64,000 bases of DNA from Myxococcales bacterium (GTDB lineage: Bacteria; Myxococcota_A; Bradymonadia; UBA7976; UBA1532). Shown piece after piece: positions 42,685 to 53,165 of the stretch. The notes beneath the pieces were generated by a model that saw nothing but the letters and a program-made list of their open reading frames with translations, was not told the origin of the DNA and searched no databases. A program made the translations under genes and the position numbers. Within the stretch, counting starts at the first letter, position 1, and every line of letters begins with the position of its first letter. The DNA lies in the NCBI GenBank assembly GCA_020633465.1, contig JACKDN010000006.1, positions 111,047 to 175,046 on the forward strand. Direction: 5' to 3'.

Positions 42685-43710
42685 GTGACCGACCTTCAAC
42701 CTCACACCGTGCGCGTGCTCGACGTCGGCGAGACGCCGCCCGGCAGCGTCCGCGCCCACTGGCTGCACATCATCAACAACGGCCTGGGCGAGCCCGTGCG
42801 CGTCCCCATCCTGGTGGCGCGCGGCAAGCACGACGGGCCGGTGCTCGGCCTCACCGCCGCCCTGCACGGCAACGAGCTGAACGGCATCCCCATCATCCAG
42901 CGCGTCATCGCCGATCTCGACCTCGAGGTCCTGCGCGGCACGGTCGTCGGCGTGCTGGCGGCCAACGTGCCCGGCGTCCTGCGCGGCGAGCGCAGCTTCA
43001 ACGACGGCGTCGACCTGAACCACATCGCCCCCGGCAAGCCCAACGGCAACAACAGTCAGGTCTACGTGCACCGGCTGGTCGACCGCGTCCTGAAGCAGTT
43101 CGACTTCCTCATCGACCTGCACACCGCCAGCTTCGGCCGCGTGAACTCGTATTACGTGCGCGCCGACATGAACCACGCCGTCACCGCCCGCCTGGCGCGC
43201 CTGCAGATGCCCGACATCATCGTGCACAACCCGCCCAGCGACTACACGCTGCGCGGCTGCGCCGCCGGCCTCGGCATCCCCGCCGTCACCTGCGAGCTGC
43301 GCGATCCCAACGTCTTCCAGCCCGGCGTCATCGACACGGGCACGCTGGGGGTGCTGAACGTGCTGTACGACCTCGACATGCTCGAGGGCGAGGTCGTCTG
43401 CCCGATCACCGACACGGTGCTCTGCCAGGGCTCGTTCTGGATGTACACCGACGAGGGCGGACTGCTGACGGTCAAGCCGAAGGTGACCGCCTACGTGACC
43501 GAGGGTGAGATCGTCGCCACGGTGCGCGACATCTTCGGCCGCGTGACGAAGACCTACACCGCGCCCGAGGACGCCATCGTCGTCGGCCGCAGCGTCAACC
43601 CGATCAACCAGACCGGCAGCCGCATCGTGCACCTCGGGCGAAGCCCGCGCACCATCCCGTGCATCACCGCCGACGAGCCCCGCGCCGCGACCACGAGGAC
43701 CACGCCATGA
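42685..43710 (+). CDS. succinylglutamate desuccinylase/aspartoacylase (AstE/AspA, M14-like) family protein
   Basis: LTAALHGNELNG zinc-ligand region, ~340 aa. Confidence 0.7.
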   Translation: MTDLQPHTVRVLDVGETPPGSVRAHWLHIINNGLGEPVRVPILVARGKHDGPVLGLTAALHGNELNGIPIIQRVIADLDLEVLRGTVVGVLAANVPGVLRGERSFNDGVDLNHIAPGKPNGNNSQVYVHRLVDRVLKQFDFLIDLHTASFGRVNSYYVRADMNHAVTARLARLQMPDIIVHNPPSDYTLRGCAAGLGIPAVTCELRDPNVFQPGVIDTGTLGVLNVLYDLDMLEGEVVCPITDTVLCQGSFWMYTDEGGLLTVKPKVTAYVTEGEIVATVRDIFGRVTKTYTAPEDAIVVGRSVNPINQTGSRIVHLGRSPRTIPCITADEPRAATTRTTP

Positions 43711-44054
43711 ACCGCACCCTGCCCGCCCTCGCCCTGCTGACGCTGACCGCCTGCGGCGGCGCGCAGCGCCTCGACCGCAGCGCGCCCGCGGCCTACACCG
43801 CCACCACCGCGCAGATGGCCCGCGAGCTGGCCGGCCCCGACACCCTCATCGTGCGCAGCGATCTCGAGCTTCAGCTGACCCGCGCCCGCGACGGCGAGAA
43901 GTTCACGATCTCGCTGCAGTCGCCCTGGGCCTGGTGCCAGACCGAGCCGGACGACTGCGACGACGGCACCAAGCGCTACCTGCAGCAGGCCCTCGACCGC
44001 GCGGCCATCGCCGAGGGCGGCCACATCGATCCCGACGCACCCGCCCCGCAGTGA
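43707..44054 (+). CDS. lipoprotein (hypothetical)
   Basis: MNRTLPALALLTLTACGG. ATG overlaps upstream stop. Confidence 0.55.
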   Translation: MNRTLPALALLTLTACGGAQRLDRSAPAAYTATTAQMARELAGPDTLIVRSDLELQLTRARDGEKFTISLQSPWAWCQTEPDDCDDGTKRYLQQALDRAAIAEGGHIDPDAPAPQ

Positions 44055-44533
44055 GGCGCCTGCTGCTGCTGGTCGCGCTGACGGCCTGCGCGCCCGCACG
44101 CACCCGAGTGACGACCGAGGATCGCCCCCACCTGGGCGACGCCTGGTACGCCCACCGCGCGGCCACGCTGAACATCACGCCCGAGGCCGCCCGCGCCCGC
44201 GACGCCGCCCTGCCCGCCGGCCCCGACGCCGGCCCGCCCGACGACGCCCTCGACGCGCACACCGCCCGCGAGGCCGCCGCGCTGTGGCGCGACCTGTGCG
44301 CCGCCTGCCACGGCCCCGACGGCCAGCCGCCATCCGAGCTGGGGCTCGATCCGCCGCCCAAGACCTGGGGCGGCTTCGGCGTCCGCATGGGCTTCACGTT
44401 CGGGGGCGACGCGATGCGCCGCGGCATCTACCGCAGCATCGCCGAAGGCAAGGGCGAGGGCATGCCCGCGTGGGGCGGCCGGCTCAGCCGCGAGCAGATG
44501 TGGGCGCTGGTGCGCCACATCGAGAGTCTGTAG
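44051..44533 (+). CDS. c-type cytochrome lipoprotein
   Basis: CAACHG heme-binding site and LLLLVALTAC lipobox. GTG overlaps upstream stop. Confidence 0.7.
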   Translation: MRRLLLLVALTACAPARTRVTTEDRPHLGDAWYAHRAATLNITPEAARARDAALPAGPDAGPPDDALDAHTAREAAALWRDLCAACHGPDGQPPSELGLDPPPKTWGGFGVRMGFTFGGDAMRRGIYRSIAEGKGEGMPAWGGRLSREQMWALVRHIESL

Positions 44534-44575
44534 CGACGGCGCGGCCGTGTCGGCGCGCCGTCGCGGCGGGACGCC

Positions 44576-45607
44576 TTACTCGACCGTCCAGATGTGCGCG
44601 GCCTCGATGGCCTGCTGCACCTTGGCGCCGGGCTTGCGCCGCTTCGCCTCGTCCACCTGCGCGCTCATCATGCGCTCGTAGCTGGGCCGCTCGACGCAGC
44701 GGAACACACCCACCGGCGTGGGGAAGTCCGGGTGCAGCAGCTGGCTCAGCAGGTAGGACAGCGTCGGGTTCGTCTCGTCGTGCACCAGCAGCGCGTCCTC
44801 GCCGACGTCCTCGACCTCGACGACGATGGGCCGCATGCTGCGGTCGAGCATGATGCCCTTCTCGTTCTTCGGGCCGAAGCGCAGCGGCTTGCCGTGCTCG
44901 AGCTTCAGCTCGTGCTCCACCTTCGTGCGCCGATCGCTCAGGTACGCGTAGGCGCCGTCGTTGAAGATGTTGCAGTTCTGGTAGACCTCGAGCAGCGCGG
45001 TGCCTTCGTGCGCCGCCATCCGCTGGATCATCGACTGCAGGTGCCGCGCGTCCACGTCGACGGCGCGCGCGACGAAGGTGGCCTCGGCCCCCAGCGCCAC
45101 CCCGACCGGGTTGAAGGGATAGTCGATCGAGCCCATCGGCGTGGACTTGGTCGTCTTCCCCTGCTCGCTCGTCGGGCTGTACTGGCCCTTCGTCAGGCCG
45201 TAGATGCGGTTGTTGAACAGGATGATCTTCAGCCCGATGTTGCGCCGCAGCGCGTGCATCAGGTGGTTGCCGCCGATCGACAGCGCGTCGCCGTCGCCGG
45301 TGATCACCCACACGTTCAGCTCGGGCCTGAGCGCCTTGACCCCGCTGGCCACCGCGGGCGCGCGCCCGTGGATGCTGTGCATCCCGTAGGTGTCCATGTA
45401 GTACGGGAAGCGGCTCGAGCAGCCGATGCCGCTGATGAAGACGTAGTCCTCGCGCGGGATGCCCAGCTCGGGCAGCGTGCGCTGCACCTGCGCCAGGATG
45501 CTGTAGTCCCCGCAGCCCGGGCACCAGCGCACGTCCTGGTCGGTGGCGAAGTCCTTGCGCGTCAGGGCCGACGCGTCGGTCGACGGCAGGTTCGGGTACT
45601 TGCTCAT
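44576..45607 (-). CDS. korB: 2-oxoacid:ferredoxin oxidoreductase beta subunit (TPP-binding)
   Basis: WCPGCGD...ITGDGD...GGNH TPP motif. Confidence 0.9.
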   Translation of the reverse strand: MSKYPNLPSTDASALTRKDFATDQDVRWCPGCGDYSILAQVQRTLPELGIPREDYVFISGIGCSSRFPYYMDTYGMHSIHGRAPAVASGVKALRPELNVWVITGDGDALSIGGNHLMHALRRNIGLKIILFNNRIYGLTKGQYSPTSEQGKTTKSTPMGSIDYPFNPVGVALGAEATFVARAVDVDARHLQSMIQRMAAHEGTALLEVYQNCNIFNDGAYAYLSDRRTKVEHELKLEHGKPLRFGPKNEKGIMLDRSMRPIVVEVEDVGEDALLVHDETNPTLSYLLSQLLHPDFPTPVGVFRCVERPSYERMMSAQVDEAKRRKPGAKVQQAIEAAHIWTVE

Positions 45608-47451
45608 CGGGTGCCCTCCAAAAGCGCGCGCACGGCCTGCACGATCTCCGATTCCTTGAACGGCTTGCCCTGCACCTTGGTGTGGCTGACGACGTCGATC
45701 AAGTAGCGCGCCCGCAACAGCATCGCCAGCTGACCCAGGTTCAGCTCCGGCACCAGCACCTTGCGGAAGCGCCGCATGATGTCGCCGAGGTCCTTCGGGA
45801 AGGGGTTCAGGTGGCGCAGGTGCACCTGACCGACCGCGGCCCCCTCGTCCACCAGCTTCGACACGCCGGCGTGCAGCGCGCCGTAGGTGCCGCCCCAGCC
45901 CAGCACCAGCACGTCGCCCTCCTGGGCGCCGAACACCTGGGTCGGCGGGATGAAGTCGGCCACCTTGTCCACCTTGGCCTGGCGGACGTGGATCATGTGC
46001 TCGTGGTTCGCCGGGTCGTAGCTGACGTTGCCGGTGCCGTCCTGCTTCTCGAGGCCGCCCACGCGGTGCTCGAGGCCGGGCGTGCCGGGCACCGCCCAGG
46101 GCCGCGCCAGGTTCTCGTCGCGGTTGTACGGCTGGAAGCCCTCGACCTGCGTGTGGAACTCGACCGGGATGGGCTCGAGCGCCGACATCTCGGGCACCCG
46201 CCACGGCTCGGCGCCGTTGGCCAGGTAACCGTCGCTCAGCAGCACCACCGGCACCATGTGGCGCACCGCGATGCGCACGGCCTCGATGGCCGTCTCGAAG
46301 CAGTCGCCGGGCGACATGGCCGCCACCACCGGCATCGGGCACTCGCCGTTGCGCCCGAACAGCGCCTGCAGCAGGTCCGACTGCTCGGTCTTGGTGGGCA
46401 GGCCGGTGCTCGGCCCGCCGCGCTGCACGTTGACCACGATCAGCGGCAGCTCGAGCATCATGGCCAGGCCCATGGCCTCGCCCTTCAGCGCGATGCCGGG
46501 GCCGCTGGTCGTCGTCAGCGCCAGGCCGCCCGCGAAGGCCGCGCCCACCGCCGCGGCCACCGCCGCGATCTCGTCCTCGGCCTGGAAGGTCTTCACCCCC
46601 AGGTGCTTCTGCTTCGACAGGAAGTGCAGGATGTCCGAGGCCGGCGTGATGGGGTACGAGCCGAGGAACAGCTCGAGCCCGCTCAGCTCGGCCGCCGCCA
46701 GCATGCCCAGGCCCAGGGCCTCGTTGCCGGTGATGTTGCGGTAACGCCCGGCGGGGATGCTGGCCTTGCGCACCATGTAGCTGTGGTCGAACAGCTCGGC
46801 CGTCTCGCCGTAGTTGTAGCCGGCGCGCAGCGCGTGCAGGTTCGCGTCGGCCACCTCGGGCGTCTTCGCGCGGAACTTCGCCTCGATCCAGCGCTCGGTG
46901 TGCGCCAGGTCGCGGTTGAACAGCCAGTACACCAGGCCCAGGGCGAAGAAGTTCTTCGAGCGCACGGCCGCGCGCTGGTTCAGCCCGACGTCGGCGATGG
47001 CGTTGAGCGTCATCGTCGTGATGTCGACCGGGTACACCTTGTAGGCGCTCAGGCTGCCGTCCTCGAGCGGGTTCTCGCTGTACCCCGCGCGCTCGAGGTT
47101 CTTGTCGCTGAAGGCCTGGGTGTTGGCGATCAGGATGCCGCCGGGCTTCAGATCGGGCAGGTTCACGCGCAGCGCGGCGGGGTTCATGGCCACCAGCACG
47201 TCGGGCGCGTCGCCGTGGGTGAACACCTCGCGGCTCGAGAAGTTGAGCTGAAACCCCGACACGCCGGCCAGCGAGCCCGCGGGGGCGCGGATCTCGGCGG
47301 GAAAGTCGGGGAAGGTGGCCAGGTCGTTGCCGGCCAGCGCCGACGTCTGGGTGAACTGGGTGCCGGTCAGCTGCATGCCGTCGCCCGAGTCACCGGCGAA
47401 CCGGATGGCGACCGTCTCGACCGTCTCGACCGCGTCGCTCGCTTTGGACAT
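45604..47451 (-). CDS. korA: 2-oxoacid:ferredoxin oxidoreductase alpha subunit
   Basis: Full-length KorA architecture (..FAGDSGDGMQLTG.. domain III, domain I). 4-nt overlap with korB. Confidence 0.9.
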   Translation of the reverse strand: MSKASDAVETVETVAIRFAGDSGDGMQLTGTQFTQTSALAGNDLATFPDFPAEIRAPAGSLAGVSGFQLNFSSREVFTHGDAPDVLVAMNPAALRVNLPDLKPGGILIANTQAFSDKNLERAGYSENPLEDGSLSAYKVYPVDITTMTLNAIADVGLNQRAAVRSKNFFALGLVYWLFNRDLAHTERWIEAKFRAKTPEVADANLHALRAGYNYGETAELFDHSYMVRKASIPAGRYRNITGNEALGLGMLAAAELSGLELFLGSYPITPASDILHFLSKQKHLGVKTFQAEDEIAAVAAAVGAAFAGGLALTTTSGPGIALKGEAMGLAMMLELPLIVVNVQRGGPSTGLPTKTEQSDLLQALFGRNGECPMPVVAAMSPGDCFETAIEAVRIAVRHMVPVVLLSDGYLANGAEPWRVPEMSALEPIPVEFHTQVEGFQPYNRDENLARPWAVPGTPGLEHRVGGLEKQDGTGNVSYDPANHEHMIHVRQAKVDKVADFIPPTQVFGAQEGDVLVLGWGGTYGALHAGVSKLVDEGAAVGQVHLRHLNPFPKDLGDIMRRFRKVLVPELNLGQLAMLLRARYLIDVVSHTKVQGKPFKESEIVQAVRALLEGTR

Positions 47452-47846
47452 CGCGCGCGCCTTCCAGGCCCGTGGGGCCAGCCGAAAGTCGCGTGAACCT
47501 AGTGCATCCGGTAGCCGTTTGACAACCGCACGTTGCGCGAGATACGCGGGCGCCGGGCGCCGTCGCGTCGGTTCCGAAACGGGGGGTCACCCGCCCTTCA
47601 CGGCACGGCGAAAACACGTCACCGAACCGTGCCTGCGGTCGACGCGTTCATGCGGCCTCGCGACCGCGCCGACCCGCGGATCGCGATGTGTCGCGCAGTC
47701 ATCGCGGCGCGACGGGCCAGCCTCGAACCGACCGCGAAGACACCCGTTCGGGCGCCCGTTGAACCCGACGCGCGGCCGATCGGGTCGGCCCGTATCAGGA
47801 TCGTCGACGGGTCGCGCCGGGCGGCTCGACGGACGAGGAGACCCCG

Positions 47847-49412
47847 ATGCGCGCCGCCCCCGCCTTCGACTGCGTCGTGATCGGCGGTGGTCTGGCCGGG
47901 CTGACCAGCGCGGTGGGCTTGGCCGACGCCGGCCTGAAGCCGCTGGTGCTCGAGGCGGGCGCGCTGCTCGGCGGGCGCGCCCGCAGCTGGACGGACCCCA
48001 CGACCGGCGATCCCGTGCACATCGGCCCCCACATCTTCCTCAGCGAGTACCGCAACCTGCTGCGCCTGTTCGACCGCCTGGGCACGCGCGACCGCATCGT
48101 GTGGCAGCCGGCCGACCCCTTCATCACGCTGGTGGACGGCCGCCGCGCCGTCCCGATCCGCCCGGCGCCGCTGCCGCCCCCGATGCACCTGGTGCCGAGC
48201 GTGCTGGCCGACCCCACGACGCGCCTGGCCGACAAGCTGTCCAACGTGCCCCTGTCGGCCCGCCTGCTCAGCCTGGACGACGACCAGGTGCTCGCGCTCG
48301 ACGCCCTGCCCGCCGACACGCTGCTCCGGCAGGGCGGCGTCTCCGAGACCTACATCCGCTCGTTCTGGTCGTTCGTCGCGCAGTCGATCCTCAACGTGCC
48401 GCTCGCCGAGTGCTCGGCGGCCGCGCTCGCCCGCTTCTACCGCGCCCTGATCGGCACCCGCGGCTACCGCGTCGGCTTCCCCGACCGGGGGCTCGGCGAC
48501 GTGTTCGCCCCCGCGGCGCGGCGGGTGATCGAGCAGGCCGGCGGCCAGGTGCTCACCGACACCCGCGTCGCGCGCTTCACGCACGAAGGCGACCGCGTGA
48601 CCGGCGTGGTGACCGACGAGGGCCGCGCGTTCGCTGCGCCGCACGTCGTCGCCGCGCTGGCGCCCCAGGATCTCGATCGCCTGGTCCGTGCGCCCTGGCG
48701 AAGGCTGTCCCCCTTCCGCGACCTGCCCGCCTTCGAGCCCAGCCGCTATCTCTGCGTCTACCTCTGGTTCGACCGCAAGCTGACCCGCCGGCGCTTCTGG
48801 GCCCGCGTCTACGACCCCGGCGACCTGAACTGCGACTTCTACGACTACGGCAACATCCTGCGCGGCCCCCGCGATCGGCCGTCGCTGATCGCGAGCAACA
48901 TCATCTACGCCCAGCGGCTGCCCCCGATGGACGACGCCGCGATCATCGCGCGCACCCGCGCCGAGCTGGCCGAGTACCTGCCCGCCGCGAACGCCGCGCG
49001 CCTGGTGCACGCCGTCGTCCACCGAGTGCCCATGGCCATCCACTGCCCGCGCCCCGGCACCGAGCGCCTGCGCCCCGCCACGCGCACGCCCATCGATGGC
49101 CTGCTGCTGGCCGGCGACTGGATCCGCACCCACCTGCCCGCCTCGATGGAGAGCGCCGTCTGCGCCGGCTGGCGCGCCGCCGAAGCCGTGCTGGCCGACC
49201 ACGGCCACCACGCCGCCCTCGCCGCCCCGGCTTGGAGGCTGCCCCGCGCCCCCCGCATCGCCAGCCGCGTGCTCGCCGATCTGCTGCGCGCGCCGACGCT
49301 GCCCGACCTGGACGTGCTCGCACGGCGGCCGCCGGTGGATCGGACGCTGAGCGTCGACGAGATGGACCGGGCGACGGGCGCCTGGCTCGCCGACCGGGCG
49401 CGCGCCCCCTGA
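47847..49412 (+). CDS. FAD-dependent oxidoreductase, HpnE (hydroxysqualene dehydroxylase)/phytoene-desaturase-like
   Basis: DCVVIGGGLAGLTSAV..LEAG..LGGRA dinucleotide-binding motif. GAGGAG RBS. Confidence 0.7.
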   Translation: MRAAPAFDCVVIGGGLAGLTSAVGLADAGLKPLVLEAGALLGGRARSWTDPTTGDPVHIGPHIFLSEYRNLLRLFDRLGTRDRIVWQPADPFITLVDGRRAVPIRPAPLPPPMHLVPSVLADPTTRLADKLSNVPLSARLLSLDDDQVLALDALPADTLLRQGGVSETYIRSFWSFVAQSILNVPLAECSAAALARFYRALIGTRGYRVGFPDRGLGDVFAPAARRVIEQAGGQVLTDTRVARFTHEGDRVTGVVTDEGRAFAAPHVVAALAPQDLDRLVRAPWRRLSPFRDLPAFEPSRYLCVYLWFDRKLTRRRFWARVYDPGDLNCDFYDYGNILRGPRDRPSLIASNIIYAQRLPPMDDAAIIARTRAELAEYLPAANAARLVHAVVHRVPMAIHCPRPGTERLRPATRTPIDGLLLAGDWIRTHLPASMESAVCAGWRAAEAVLADHGHHAALAAPAWRLPRAPRIASRVLADLLRAPTLPDLDVLARRPPVDRTLSVDEMDRATGAWLADRARAP

Positions 49413-49489
49413 TTGTCGCGCCCGGACGCATGGGCGACCGTGACCCGAGGCCATGCGCGCCGGCAACCCGCCGCCTGCGGCACCAGGGA

Positions 49490-50671
49490 TCAGAAGCGCA
49501 GGCCCGGCATGACCGAGGACAGCGAGACCGTCAGCCCCAGCGCCGTCGCGCCGCCTCGGGTCCAGAGCCCGTACGCGCCGAGCTGCACCGAGCCGGTGTC
49601 GAACGCGCCGGGGTAGACGTTCAGGCCGACGTGATTCCCCTCGGGGTTGACGTCCAGCGTCGCCAGCAGCGACCCCTCGCGGTCCCAAGCCAGCCGCAAG
49701 GACGCGACCTCGTGGCTCTGCGCCTCGCGCTCCGGGACCTCGAGCTCTTCCTTGTCCGGATCCCAGTAGAAGATCGGCCCGGTCGTGGGCCGTTCGTAGT
49801 CGCGCGGCGGCACGCCCGCCCCCCCGGCGATCAAGCCCCAGGTGATGTACTGGTCGCCGCCGATCGGCGTCGACACGCCCAGCCCGATGGTGGACACCCC
49901 GAAGAGCGTCGCCAGCTTCCAGCGGGTCCAGTCGCCGAGCGTGATGCGCAGCAGGTAGTCCTCGGCGTGGTTGAACAGCACGCCGTCGCGCATGTCGACC
50001 ACCGGCTGGCCGGGCCAGTAGTACAGGTGCATGGCGTCGTTCGCGAACAGCTCGGCGAAGCCGTCGAAGCAGAACGCGATGATGCCGGCCGTGTTGAAGA
50101 TCAGATCGGCGGTCGTATCGGCGGGCTGCGTCGTCTGCGCCTCGACCAGCTCGTTCATTTGCTGGGACAGGACCATCGTGGTGATCGCCGCGGCGCGCGC
50201 CCACCCCGGGCTCATCCCCTCGGTCCGGTAGTACTCCTCCAGCTTGCGGGTCAGCATCCCCTCGCCCAGAAAGTGGAGAACGTAGTTGGGGTACGAGATC
50301 TCACTGAGGACCGGCACGAACTCGAGGAAGGCCCAGACGCCGACGTTGCCGTAGCCCTCTCGAATGGACCTGGCCGGGTGAAAGTAGGCGTCGCCGAGGT
50401 GCCCGAAGCCCTGCTCGAGATCGATGTCACCGAGCCGCGCGCTGGCGTTGAGCCCGGCCCGCCCGACGACGCCGAGGCCGACGTTCGTGAACACGTTCAG
50501 CGGCCCGAACTGCGACTCCGAGCCGTAGTCCTGGCCTTTGTAGAACAGGGGGGTGAACGCCTCATCGGTCGGCGCCGCCACCGCGGGTGGGGCCTCCGGC
50601 TCGAGCACCGGCGCCTGCTCCGCGGCGGACCACCCGGGCACGCACAGGGCGAACAGCGTCGCGAGGCCCAC
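49490..50671 (-). CDS. hypothetical secreted protein, possible outer-membrane beta-barrel (C-terminal Phe)
   Basis: Signal ..LATLFALCVPGWSAA. Ends ..SSVMPGLRF. Confidence 0.45.
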   Translation of the reverse strand: MGLATLFALCVPGWSAAEQAPVLEPEAPPAVAAPTDEAFTPLFYKGQDYGSESQFGPLNVFTNVGLGVVGRAGLNASARLGDIDLEQGFGHLGDAYFHPARSIREGYGNVGVWAFLEFVPVLSEISYPNYVLHFLGEGMLTRKLEEYYRTEGMSPGWARAAAITTMVLSQQMNELVEAQTTQPADTTADLIFNTAGIIAFCFDGFAELFANDAMHLYYWPGQPVVDMRDGVLFNHAEDYLLRITLGDWTRWKLATLFGVSTIGLGVSTPIGGDQYITWGLIAGGAGVPPRDYERPTTGPIFYWDPDKEELEVPEREAQSHEVASLRLAWDREGSLLATLDVNPEGNHVGLNVYPGAFDTGSVQLGAYGLWTRGGATALGLTVSLSSVMPGLRF

Positions 50672-51063
50672 CCGCCGCGCGCCGCGCGCACCCGAGCTCG
50701 ACCTCGTGTCGTCCCGGTCGCTCGCCGCGGTCCTGCCGCCCGCGCCCCCCGCTCCTCGCCTGCCCACGCGCACCGCCCCGCCACCTGTGGTTTCGAATCA
50801 AGGTCGCGGGGCCCCGCCCCACATCCGCCTCGCCGATGCCAGCCCGGCGCGGCCGCCGACACGCCGCCGCCCGTCTCGCATCCACACCGCGAGGACCGAT
50901 CGCTGTTCACGTTGATGGGCCGCTCACGTCCCGTCAAGAGGCGTTCGAGCGTTCCGTGACCCCCGCCGACGCGGTTGCTCCATGGGGTCGCTGGCTGGGT
51001 CAACGATCGTCCGTTGCGGGTCCTGCGCTTGCCCGGCCGGGTCGCCCGCCCTACCGTGCGGGC

Positions 51064-51645
51064 ATGGACACCCCGAACGTCGGTGCGCAGGTCCCGGCCA
51101 CCCTCCCGGAGCACGATCGCCGCGCCGTGCGCGTCGACACCACCACCGCCTGCGAGCTCGCCCTCGCCAGCTACCCCGATCACGTCCTGCCGCGCGTCGA
51201 GGCGCTGCGCGCGTTGATCATCGACACCGCCGCCGAGGCGGGCATCGCGACGCTCACCGAGACGCTGAAGTGGGGCGAGCCCAGCTACGTGGCGCCCCGC
51301 GGCAGCACGCTGCGCCTCGACTGGAAGCCGCGCGCCCCCGACCGCGTGTCGCTGTTCTTCACCTGCACCAGCACGCTGGTGCCCACCTTCCGCATCCTCT
51401 TCGGCGACGTCCTCGACCTCGAAGGCGACCGCGCGCTGCACCTCGCCCATGGCGCGCCCCTGCCCCGCGACGCGCTGCGCGCGTGCATCCGGATGGCGCT
51501 GTGCTACCACGACCTGAAGCACCTGCCGCTGCTGGGGTACGAGGCGAAGCAGCCCGCGCGCCCGCTGGGCTGGGGTGGCGTCGACGGAGTGTCTACAGCG
51601 GACGGCCTCGACGCGCCGCTCGAGGACTTCGAGGGCGACGCGTGA
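51064..51645 (+). CDS. DUF1801-like protein
   Basis: LKWGEPSYVAPRGSTLRLDWK motif. Confidence 0.5.
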   Translation: MDTPNVGAQVPATLPEHDRRAVRVDTTTACELALASYPDHVLPRVEALRALIIDTAAEAGIATLTETLKWGEPSYVAPRGSTLRLDWKPRAPDRVSLFFTCTSTLVPTFRILFGDVLDLEGDRALHLAHGAPLPRDALRACIRMALCYHDLKHLPLLGYEAKQPARPLGWGGVDGVSTADGLDAPLEDFEGDA

Positions 51646-51854
51646 GACACGGCGTGGAGCTCCGATGCGTTGGTTGATCGAAGCCGGTGTGTTCGGCCCG
51701 GACTACGCGCCGCGGATGACCGCGGCGGTCGAGGCCGCGGGCGGGTCGGTCGGTCGGTCGAGGGAGACGGTGCACACCGATGAACGCCCCGCCGCCCATC
51801 GGGACGGGCCCCGGTCAACGCGGGTCGCCCACTTCAGACCGAGGAGTCGCTCCC

Positions 51855-52286
51855 ATGCAACGCACCGATGAGCCCGTCCACCAGGGGGGTTGCCTGTGCG
51901 GCGCGGTGCGATTCGAAGTCACCGGCCCCTTCGACGCCTTCATGCTCTGTCACTGCTCCCGCTGCCGCCGTGACACCGGGAGCGTCCACGCCGCGAACCT
52001 GTTCTCCGGATCCGCCACGCTCCGCTGGGCTTCGGGTGGCCGACTGGTGCGCTCGTTTCGTCTCGCTGGGACCCGGCACGAGCGAGCCTTCTGCGGGCAG
52101 TGTGGCGCGGCCGTCCCGTCGGTGCAGATGGAGGGGGCGCTGCTCGTGGTCCCTGCGGGCAGCCTCGACGAGACGGACCGCCTGCCGCCCCCGACGCACA
52201 TCTTCTGCGCCGACGCCGCCGCGTGGGAGCCAGGCGTCGCCGCCGCGCCGCGGTTCGCGAAGCTGCCGACGGACGAGGTCGGCTGA
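51855..52286 (+). CDS. GFA (glutathione-dependent formaldehyde-activating/CENP-V) family protein
   Basis: GGCLCGAVRFEV...CHCSRCRR...FCGQCG zinc motifs. GAGGAG RBS. Confidence 0.8.
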   Translation: MQRTDEPVHQGGCLCGAVRFEVTGPFDAFMLCHCSRCRRDTGSVHAANLFSGSATLRWASGGRLVRSFRLAGTRHERAFCGQCGAAVPSVQMEGALLVVPAGSLDETDRLPPPTHIFCADAAAWEPGVAAAPRFAKLPTDEVG

Positions 52287-52518
52287 CCGCCTCCGAGGGG
52301 GCCGGGCGCCAGGTCGTGAGACCCGGGTGAACGCGAACCAGGGGTCAGGACGATCGCATTTCGCATTTCGGCCCCCGCGACGGCCGCAGGCCGCCGATTG
52401 GCCGCCCTCCCACGGGGTGCACTCCCAAGCAAGCCCACGGCGATCGACCGGGAGTCGCTGAACGGGACCCTGCATCCTGGCGGTTGAGCTTCCGGCCCCC
52501 ACCCCCCACCATGCGCCC

Positions 52519-52740
52519 ATGAACCTGCAGCAGATCACCGACGACCTCGTCGCCGACCTCGCGCCCCTCGACTTCGGGCCGCCGGTCACGCACGTCTACA
52601 ACCCGCTGACCTACGCGCGCGCCGTGTGGGACGCGTACTGCGAACGCTTAGGGCGCGGGCCGCGCGAGGCGCTGCTGATCGGGATGAACCCCGGTCCGGT
52701 CGGGTCCCATTGGGATGCGGCGCAGGCAGGTCGTCTGTGA
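52519..52740 (+). pseudogene. SMUG1-type uracil-DNA glycosylase, N-terminal 62-codon fragment
   Basis: 75% aa / ~80% nt identical to the start of 53162..53869, including an identical 26-mer (52583..52608 = 53225..53250). Ends right after GMNPGP. Confidence 0.6.
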
Positions 52741-53165
52741 CCGGCTTCATTGGCGTCGATGTCCTCGTCGCGCACCCGCTGAGCGATCTTGGGCCGCTTC
52801 GGACGGCACTTGCCGCAGCGACAGGTGTTCCGGTCGAGCGTGTCGCTTGCATCTGCCAGATCGACGACTACCCAAGCCCAGATGATGCCGGGGTCGTTTG
52901 CGTGGTTACCCGAGGGACTGGCGAGTTCCCGACGCTCCTTTCCGTAGACGCCCGAGAGGGGCATGGACAGGAGCCGGTGTCGTTTGTTGCCCGCGTTGCT
53001 GCTGCACTCCAAGCCCCCTGCCTGTTCGGGACAGAAGACCCGAACCCCTTCGCGATGTATCGAGTGGAAGCCGGTCAGCCTATTCGCCGAGTGTTCTTGG
53101 ACCCGCAGGCGGAATCTGCGGGTGAGTACACCCTCGCCATTGAGTCCGAGGAGGGACAGCCGTGA
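52737..53165 (+). CDS. small acidic protein of unknown function (142 aa), translationally coupled at both ends
   Basis: GTG start overlaps the stop of the SMUG1 fragment (GTGA); its stop overlaps the GTG start of intact SMUG1 (GTGA). GC ~60%, lower than neighbours. Confidence 0.45.
   Translation: MTGFIGVDVLVAHPLSDLGPLRTALAAATGVPVERVACICQIDDYPSPDDAGVVCVVTRGTGEFPTLLSVDAREGHGQEPVSFVARVAAALQAPCLFGTEDPNPFAMYRVEAGQPIRRVFLDPQAESAGEYTLAIESEEGQP

Noticed and set aside
51665-51850. ORF starting MRWLIEAGVFGPDYAPRMTAAVEAAGG...
   Set aside because: Only ~25 protein-like residues before it degenerates into Arg/Pro-rich sequence. Probably a remnant of a truncated gene. No family identified.
52611-53012. 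Minus-strand ORF (133 aa, CRCGKCRPKRPK...) antisense to the small acidic ORF
   Set aside because: It overlaps the conserved SMUG1 fragment on the other strand and lacks coupling signals. The plus-strand ORF has GTGA overlaps at both ends.
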